This document shows, piece by piece, positions 22,323 to 26,826 of a DNA stretch of 26,826 bases. Numbering within the stretch: the first letter of the stretch is position 1; each line of letters opens with the position of its first letter. This stretch comes from Candidatus Colwellbacteria bacterium RIFCSPLOWO2_01_FULL_48_10. GTDB taxonomy: Bacteria; Patescibacteriota; Minisyncoccia; UBA6257; Colwellbacteraceae. Below the pieces are notes generated by a model. It saw only the letters and a program-made list of their open reading frames with translations. It was not told the DNA's origin and did no database searches. The DNA lies in the NCBI GenBank assembly GCA_001817755.1, contig MHIY01000012.1, positions 11,145 to 37,970 on the forward strand, written 5' to 3'. The translations under genes and the position numbers were made by a program.

Positions 22323-22488
22323 CTAACTAGCTCGATAGCGCTCTGGATTACCAGGGCGTTTAGCTTCTTAGCTCCTCGTTCCGCGAAGCGGAACTCGCAG
22401 TCTAGTAACTCAAGACTTACTAAAGAACTAGACTTTGTTGTAATCAACAATGCTATCGAGCTTCGGCACTAACGAGCCATGTCGCTAT

Positions 22489-22785
22489 CTACGGTTTCAG
22501 TATTGCCCACATACGCATGGCTTCCTCCTCGATCACAGAACCGTCGTATTCCCCGCTATGCGCGGTCTGCCCTTCGTAGACCGGCTTTTTTTGGTCCAGA
22601 TGGAGATTAAATACCCAGTTATTTGCATCTCTCTCCTTTACGTACAAGTGAAAACGCGGATAGCCGCCGCGCACCAGGTCGCGCGTAAAGGCCTGCTCGC
22701 CCGGATTCGAATGTTGGAGCACGTAACCTATCCGCCGGGCAGTCGCGATAAGGGTTTCTTTTGGTTTGGGAATTAATAACTTCAT
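22489..22785 (-). CDS. Conserved-looking hypothetical protein
   Basis: MKLLIPKPK...GGYPRFHLYV...LHLDQKKP.YEG..AHSGEY; start placed at 22785 (ORF track extends to 22905). Confidence 0.7.
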   Translation of the reverse strand: MKLLIPKPKETLIATARRIGYVLQHSNPGEQAFTRDLVRGGYPRFHLYVKERDANNWVFNLHLDQKKPVYEGQTAHSGEYDGSVIEEEAMRMWAILKP

Positions 22786-23050
22786 TTTCGCAATTCTCGC
22801 ATTAAAAAGAGCTTTAGCCAACTCTTGCCTCTGGGTGTAACTTTGAATTACGAAACGGACATATGTGATATAATACCAATGATATTTTTCTGGTCTTTCT
22901 CTCAAATTTTGGCTGAAAATCCGCTACTACTCGTCGAATTAACCTCTGGCTAGTCCGTCCTCACATTATCGAATTTTCATCACAAAATTTGAAAGAAATC
23001 CTCAGAAACCGTTTCGTAATTCAAAGTGTGTAAGATTAAGATAAATTATT

Positions 23051-23500
23051 ATGTCTGACTTGGAGCTGTTGGTTCCCGAATTTGAATATCGACCCAAGGG
23101 AATCGTCTGGCACATTGTGTTCGGCATCTTGGCCACGAGCGCGGCCGCGCTTGCGTGGTTCTTTGGGGACCGCACTTTCACAACACTCATTGCCGTAATC
23201 TGGATGATATTGATCATGAGACAATTCAAAAAGCCCGCCCTCGTTACCCTGCGCATCGACGATAAAGGATTATCCATCGGAACAAAAACTTGGGAATACA
23301 AAGAGCTTAAAAATTTCTCAATTGCCGAGATAGAGACCAAAAAACGCCTTGTCATAACACCGTCCGGCCGTTTTCAAGTCGCTATCAAAATTCCCATAAG
23401 CGACCCATCAAGCGTAGCGGCAAAATTGAATCATTACCTTTCTCAAGTAGAATATGAAGAATCTTTGCTAGAGTCTCTGGCAAGGATGCTGAGGATTTGA
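23051..23500 (+). CDS. Two-TM hypothetical membrane protein
   Basis: PEFEYRPK, two TM helices, then a beta-rich domain and ESLLESLARML terminus. Confidence 0.75.
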   Translation: MSDLELLVPEFEYRPKGIVWHIVFGILATSAAALAWFFGDRTFTTLIAVIWMILIMRQFKKPALVTLRIDDKGLSIGTKTWEYKELKNFSIAEIETKKRLVITPSGRFQVAIKIPISDPSSVAAKLNHYLSQVEYEESLLESLARMLRI

Positions 23501-23522
23501 AACCGCGCTTAACCAATTGAAA

Positions 23523-23654
23523 TGCTCTCGTGGGAGTTTCGCTGCTCGCCCCGCCAAGGCGGGGCTACGCCTCGAGAACCCTCGGTTCTCGAGGTCTCCG
23601 ACACGGTCCGACCCGGGTCGGACCGACCCACCCTTCGTTCAATTCCTCACTTCG
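23523..23654 (-). repeat. tRNA-3'-anchored structured element, copy 3 (tRNA-Arg-associated, complete)
   Basis: Direct repeat tgctctcgtg at 23523-23532 and 23658-23667; three perfect hairpins; 14-bp perfect reverse complement of the tRNA T-arm at 23637-23650. Confidence 0.75.
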
Positions 23655-23657
23655 TTG

Positions 23658-23729
23658 TGCTCTCGTGAGGAATTGAACCTCAATTTGCTCCTTCGCAGGG
23701 AGCCGTCCTATCCGTTGAACGACGAGAGC
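23658..23729 (-). tRNA. tRNA-Arg(GCG)
   Basis: GCTCTCG acceptor, D-loop with A20, GCTCC-CTGCGAA-GGAGC anticodon arm, TGAGG-TTCAATT-CCTCA T-arm; CCA not encoded. Confidence 0.95.
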
Positions 23730-23819
23730 TTGCAGGCCTAAATATAGTTTCTTACAGGTTTTTTTTCAAATTTGGTGTTTGCGAAGCAATTTTATTTTAT
23801 AAGCCACATCACAAAACTA

Positions 23820-24413
23820 ATGCTTAAAGCAATAATCTTCGACTGGCATGGTGTTCTTGACGATACGAATTGTGCCGGTTACGTGAGTAAACTATCTAAA
23901 ATAATAGGTAAAAGTTTTAATGAAACCCTGGAACAAATGGGGACATTAGATGCCAGATGGGGTAGCGGCGAACTTCCGCCTGAAAAATTTTGGACCAATA
24001 TAAAAGCAATATTCGGGTTGTCTGAAGAAGAAACTGTCTCAATCAAGTCGTATATATTAAATGTTGAGAACAACGCCGCGCTTTGGCAACAGATACCAGA
24101 TTTAGCAAAAAAATATCGCTTAGCAATCCTTTCAGATTGCCCGCTCGATAAACTAAGCATAATCAAGGAAAAGGCCGATCTAAAAGATTTTGAGCAAGCT
24201 TATTTTTCTGCCGAACATGGCATGTCGAAAGAATCCGATAAATTCTTTTTATCTCTTCTCCGCGTGATGGGGCTGAAGGCCGAAGAGGCGTTGTTTGTTG
24301 ATGACAAGGTGAAAAATATAGAAAAAGCTCAAAAACTGGGCTTCAACACTTGCTTGTTTTCAAATTCAAAAGACCTAGATGTATGCCTAGCCAAGTATTC
24401 TGGTGTAGAATGA
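23820..24413 (+). CDS. HAD-superfamily phosphatase
   Basis: Motif I AIIFDWHGVL, motif II ILSD, motif III K and motif IV LFVDDKVKNI; start at ATG 23820. Confidence 0.88.
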   Translation: MLKAIIFDWHGVLDDTNCAGYVSKLSKIIGKSFNETLEQMGTLDARWGSGELPPEKFWTNIKAIFGLSEEETVSIKSYILNVENNAALWQQIPDLAKKYRLAILSDCPLDKLSIIKEKADLKDFEQAYFSAEHGMSKESDKFFLSLLRVMGLKAEEALFVDDKVKNIEKAQKLGFNTCLFSNSKDLDVCLAKYSGVE

Positions 24414-24417
24414 TCAT

Positions 24418-24867
24418 ATGAACCTCGCTGAATTCGACCGGATATTCATAAAAGAAATGCACCGCTGGGGCGTGCCAACGCTGCGCGTAACCCTGGGAAT
24501 TGTTTTTCTTTGGTTCGGCGCGTTGAAACTCATCGGGGCAAGCCCCGTGGCGAACCTTATCGCCGAAACATATTCGTTTCTGCCCGCCGACCTGTTCCTC
24601 GCCGTTCTGGGATATTGGGAGATCGCGATCGGATTAGGCCTGCTTTTAAACTTTGCTCTTCGCACAACACTGGCCTTGCTATGGCTGCAAATGTTCGGAA
24701 CGCTCGCCTCTCCCCTTTTTAATCCGGAATTGTTTTTCCAAAACGGCAACATTTTTCTCCTTACAACCGAAGGCGAGTTCGTAGTCAAAAATCTGGTCCT
24801 CATCGCCGCGAGCCTTGTCATCGGCGGATATGGCGTGCGAGCCATGGACTCCAGCCAGAAGTCTTGA
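24418..24867 (+). CDS. DoxX/YkgB-like membrane protein
   Basis: LRVTLGIVFLWFGALK, G..EIAIGLGLL, LT.EGEFVVKNLVLI. Confidence 0.8.
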   Translation: MNLAEFDRIFIKEMHRWGVPTLRVTLGIVFLWFGALKLIGASPVANLIAETYSFLPADLFLAVLGYWEIAIGLGLLLNFALRTTLALLWLQMFGTLASPLFNPELFFQNGNIFLLTTEGEFVVKNLVLIAASLVIGGYGVRAMDSSQKS

Positions 24868-24889
24868 GTTTTGATGGGCTTGCTATAAA

Positions 24890-25081
24890 ATGTCTTCGAT
24901 GAACGTAAGAAAGATTTGGGCGGTAATCGGCTTAGCTGTTGCGATTTTTGCAATTGGAACGTATATTTACAGCCGGTTTTCTCCTACCGTCCAAGCCCCG
25001 ACTGATAGCACCTTTCGCGGACCGACCGGCGGCCCATACGTGAAAGGGCCGACCGAGGATCCACCCATGGGCAGCTATTAG
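24890..25081 (+). CDS. Small membrane-anchored hypothetical protein
   Basis: N-terminal TM helix, then FRGPTGGPYVKGPTEDPP. Confidence 0.6.
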   Translation: MSSMNVRKIWAVIGLAVAIFAIGTYIYSRFSPTVQAPTDSTFRGPTGGPYVKGPTEDPPMGSY

Positions 25082-25163
25082 TAATTAGCGATTGGTTGAT
25101 AATGGCCAAGGGATTTAGACAATTGTTGTAAACAAGCTAGAATATAAAAGGCTTTTAGCCATT

Positions 25164-25228
25164 TTCTGACTTCGCTCGGCCCAAACATGGATGGTTACAT
25201 CCGCATTTGGCTCTCTCGCTAGTCAGAA
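25164..25228 (-). repeat. Dispersed hairpin element, copy B
   Basis: Minus strand: ttctgact-AGCGAGAGAG-CCAAAT-gcggatg-taac-catccat-GTTTGG-GCCGAGCGA-agtcagaa; same core as 8459-8523 with different stems. Confidence 0.65.
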
Positions 25229-25237
25229 TAGAAAATT

Positions 25238-25308
25238 GCGGGATTAGTATAATGGCAGTACACGATCCTTCCAAGATCGATGCGCCGGTTCGATTCCGGT
25301 ATCCCGCT
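25238..25308 (+). tRNA. tRNA-Gly(TCC)
   Basis: GCGGGAT/ATCCCGC acceptor, CGATC-CTTCCAA-GATCG anticodon arm, CCGGTTCGATTCCGG T-arm, U73. Confidence 0.95.
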
Positions 25309-25415
25309 CACTGCGTGGGTTTAAAAGCTTGCGGATAAGAATGGAGGGGGCGAGGGGAAAAATTTTTTGCCCGCTCGCCGAGAACGCAGCCCATAACGTT
25401 AACCGTACGGTTTCA

Positions 25416-25444
25416 TTGCTTTAAAATTTTGCCTTTGGTAGAAT
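25416..25444 (+). promoter_or_regulatory. Putative nrdA promoter
   Basis: TTGCTT 25416-25421, 17-nt spacer, TG-extended TAGAAT 25439-25444. Confidence 0.6.
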
Positions 25445-25450
25445 TATAAA

Positions 25451-25590
25451 GTTAAAATTTAAAAGTGGTTGTTTGGTGAAGTCGGTGTAAATCCGACACT
25501 ATCGTGTAACGGTGATTCTTGTTCAAACAGGATTAGTCCGGTCCCATACAGACGAGACTCGCGTCTCCCACTAGCCCACGCAGGCAATAA
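25451..25590 (+). promoter_or_regulatory. Cobalamin riboswitch (compact type)
   Basis: GAAgtcGGTGtAAATCCgac T-loop stem; B12-box-like ACGGTGA...AGTCCG with CGG/CCG pairing; kissing-loop candidates CGTG 25503-25506 and CACG 25577-25580; AGTGG/CCACT closing helix. Confidence 0.7.
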
Positions 25591-25622
25591 TTCGGCTTTT
25601 ACTCTAAAAGTATTCTTATTGG

Positions 25623-25646
25623 CTTACGCGGGTGCGTAAGTTTTTT
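25623..25646 (+). terminator. Leader intrinsic terminator (probable riboswitch expression platform)
   Basis: cttacgc-gggt-gcgtaag followed by tttttt, 22 nt before the nrdA ATG. Confidence 0.7.
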
Positions 25647-25668
25647 GGTTTTGTAATAAATAAAAGAC

Positions 25669-26826
25669 ATGATACAAAAAGTTAAAAAGAGAAACGGAAC
25701 GTTGGTTGATTTTGATCGTGAGAAAATAAGCCTTGCCATTGAAAAGGCCTTTATCGCGGTGCGTGGCGGCATCGACAAGGTGAAATTAAAAGAAATTACC
25801 GACTCGGCTGTTATATTAATTGATAACAAATTTACGGAAGCTATCCCTCCGGTTGAAGCGATACAGGACGCGGTCGAAACGAACATTATGGAGAACGGTT
25901 TTCACGATGTTGCGAAAGCCTACATCGTTTATCGCTATCAGCACTCCAAAATCCGCGAAGAGAAGAAAAAAGAAACCATAAAAAAGATCGCCGAAAATGT
26001 GCTCATGGTTGTGAAGCGTTCCGGAGTCAAAGAATTATTCTCAACCGAGAAAATTGTTAAGACGCTTTCACGTTATACCAAAGGACTAGAAAAAGATGTT
26101 GACGTAAATGAAATAGCTCGCCAGTGCCAAGCCGAAGTTTACGACGGCATCACTACCATCGAAGTGACCCGCGCTCTTATAATGGTTGTTCGTTCGAATA
26201 TTGAGCGCGACCCGGCTTATTCAAAAGTAGCCTCGGGCCTTTTGCTCGACAAATTATATAAAGATGTTTTTGGCGCCGGCTTTGACTATGCCAAATTGCC
26301 GGAACTCCACTCCAAAGTTTTTATAAAGAATATTAAAGACGCGGTAGCAAACGGTTATCTTGATGCTCGCATGCTCGACTTTGATCTGGATAAATTATCC
26401 AAGTCTCTTAAACTCGACAACGACAGCCTATTTGAATACATGGGCCTCGAGATCCTTTCTTCAAGATATTTCATCGAGAACCCCAATACCAAAACATCGA
26501 TTGAGACTCCTCAGATGTTTTGGATGCGTATCGGGATGGGTACGGCACTGCTTGAGGATGCGGCAAAACGCAACGACGTTGCCCTACAATTTTATGAGGT
26601 TTTATCAGGGTTTTATTACACTCCCGGTGGCCGAACTCTATTTCAGGCAGGTGCAAAAAAAGCTCAGCTCTCAAACTGTTTCCTTAATGTTGTGCCGGAC
26701 TCACTTGATGCTATTTTCAAAACTTTTAGCGATAACGCCCAATATCTAAAATGGTCCGGTGGTACCGGCACCAGCTGGACTCCATTGCGTGCGACCGGAG
26801 CTTATATCAAAGGCACCGCCGTCAGT
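25669..26826 (+). CDS. nrdA: Ribonucleoside-diphosphate reductase large subunit, class Ia-like, two ATP-cones (runs off the window end)
   Basis: Hand translation: MIQKVKKRNG..VDFDREKI (cone 1), VVKRSG.KE.FS.EKI (cone 2), ETPQMFWMRI, TPGGRTLFQAG, QLSNCF, SGGTGTSWT.LRA.G..IKGT. Confidence 0.95.
   Translation, partial: MIQKVKKRNGTLVDFDREKISLAIEKAFIAVRGGIDKVKLKEITDSAVILIDNKFTEAIPPVEAIQDAVETNIMENGFHDVAKAYIVYRYQHSKIREEKKKETIKKIAENVLMVVKRSGVKELFSTEKIVKTLSRYTKGLEKDVDVNEIARQCQAEVYDGITTIEVTRALIMVVRSNIERDPAYSKVASGLLLDKLYKDVFGAGFDYAKLPELHSKVFIKNIKDAVANGYLDARMLDFDLDKLSKSLKLDNDSLFEYMGLEILSSRYFIENPNTKTSIETPQMFWMRIGMGTALLEDAAKRNDVALQFYEVLSGFYYTPGGRTLFQAGAKKAQLSNCFLNVVPDSLDAIFKTFSDNAQYLKWSGGTGTSWTPLRATGAYIKGTAVS

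Noticed and set aside
1-26826. CRISPR array
   Set aside because: No run of equal-length repeats with unique spacers; the repeats seen are dispersed, short-period or palindromic.

Overview
A 26.8 kb bacterial chromosome segment with the hallmarks of a CPR/Patescibacteria (Parcubacteria-like) genome: shortened IF2 and ValRS, apparently leaderless genes, pilin-like secreted proteins and a free-standing LAGLIDADG gene. The taxonomy is inferred from gene content. The left ~6 kb is an AT-rich island ending at a tRNA-3'-end-like att site. It carries a 1141-aa candidate defence protein, a 99-bp TA-duplicating MITE and a YjzC-like gene clamped by a 25-bp RNA stem. The core then runs: RelB/DinJ-YafQ toxin-antitoxin pair, tsaD, valS, PrsW-family protease, Hsp20, tRNA-Leu, tRNA-Cys, rbfA, infB, MFS transporter, a DoxX/FAD-oxidoreductase/PAS redox cluster, tRNA-Ser with a one-gene cassette, LAGLIDADG, radC, tRNA-Arg(GCG), HAD phosphatase, tRNA-Gly, and a cobalamin-riboswitch-led class Ia nrdA (truncated by the window end). 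The most striking unexplained signals are non-coding. (1) A ~600-nt highly structured RNA-like unit at ~12300-12940 contains a near-perfect 16S rRNA helix-24 module, a 23S H68/H69-like module and a tRNA-like 3' domain with a pseudoknot. (2) Three copies of a ~130-nt covarying element sit behind tRNA 3' ends, and each begins with the reverse complement of its own host tRNA's T-arm. (3) A second two-copy hairpin family lies in front of valS and tRNA-Gly. All structures were folded by eye; no database searches or folding programs were run.
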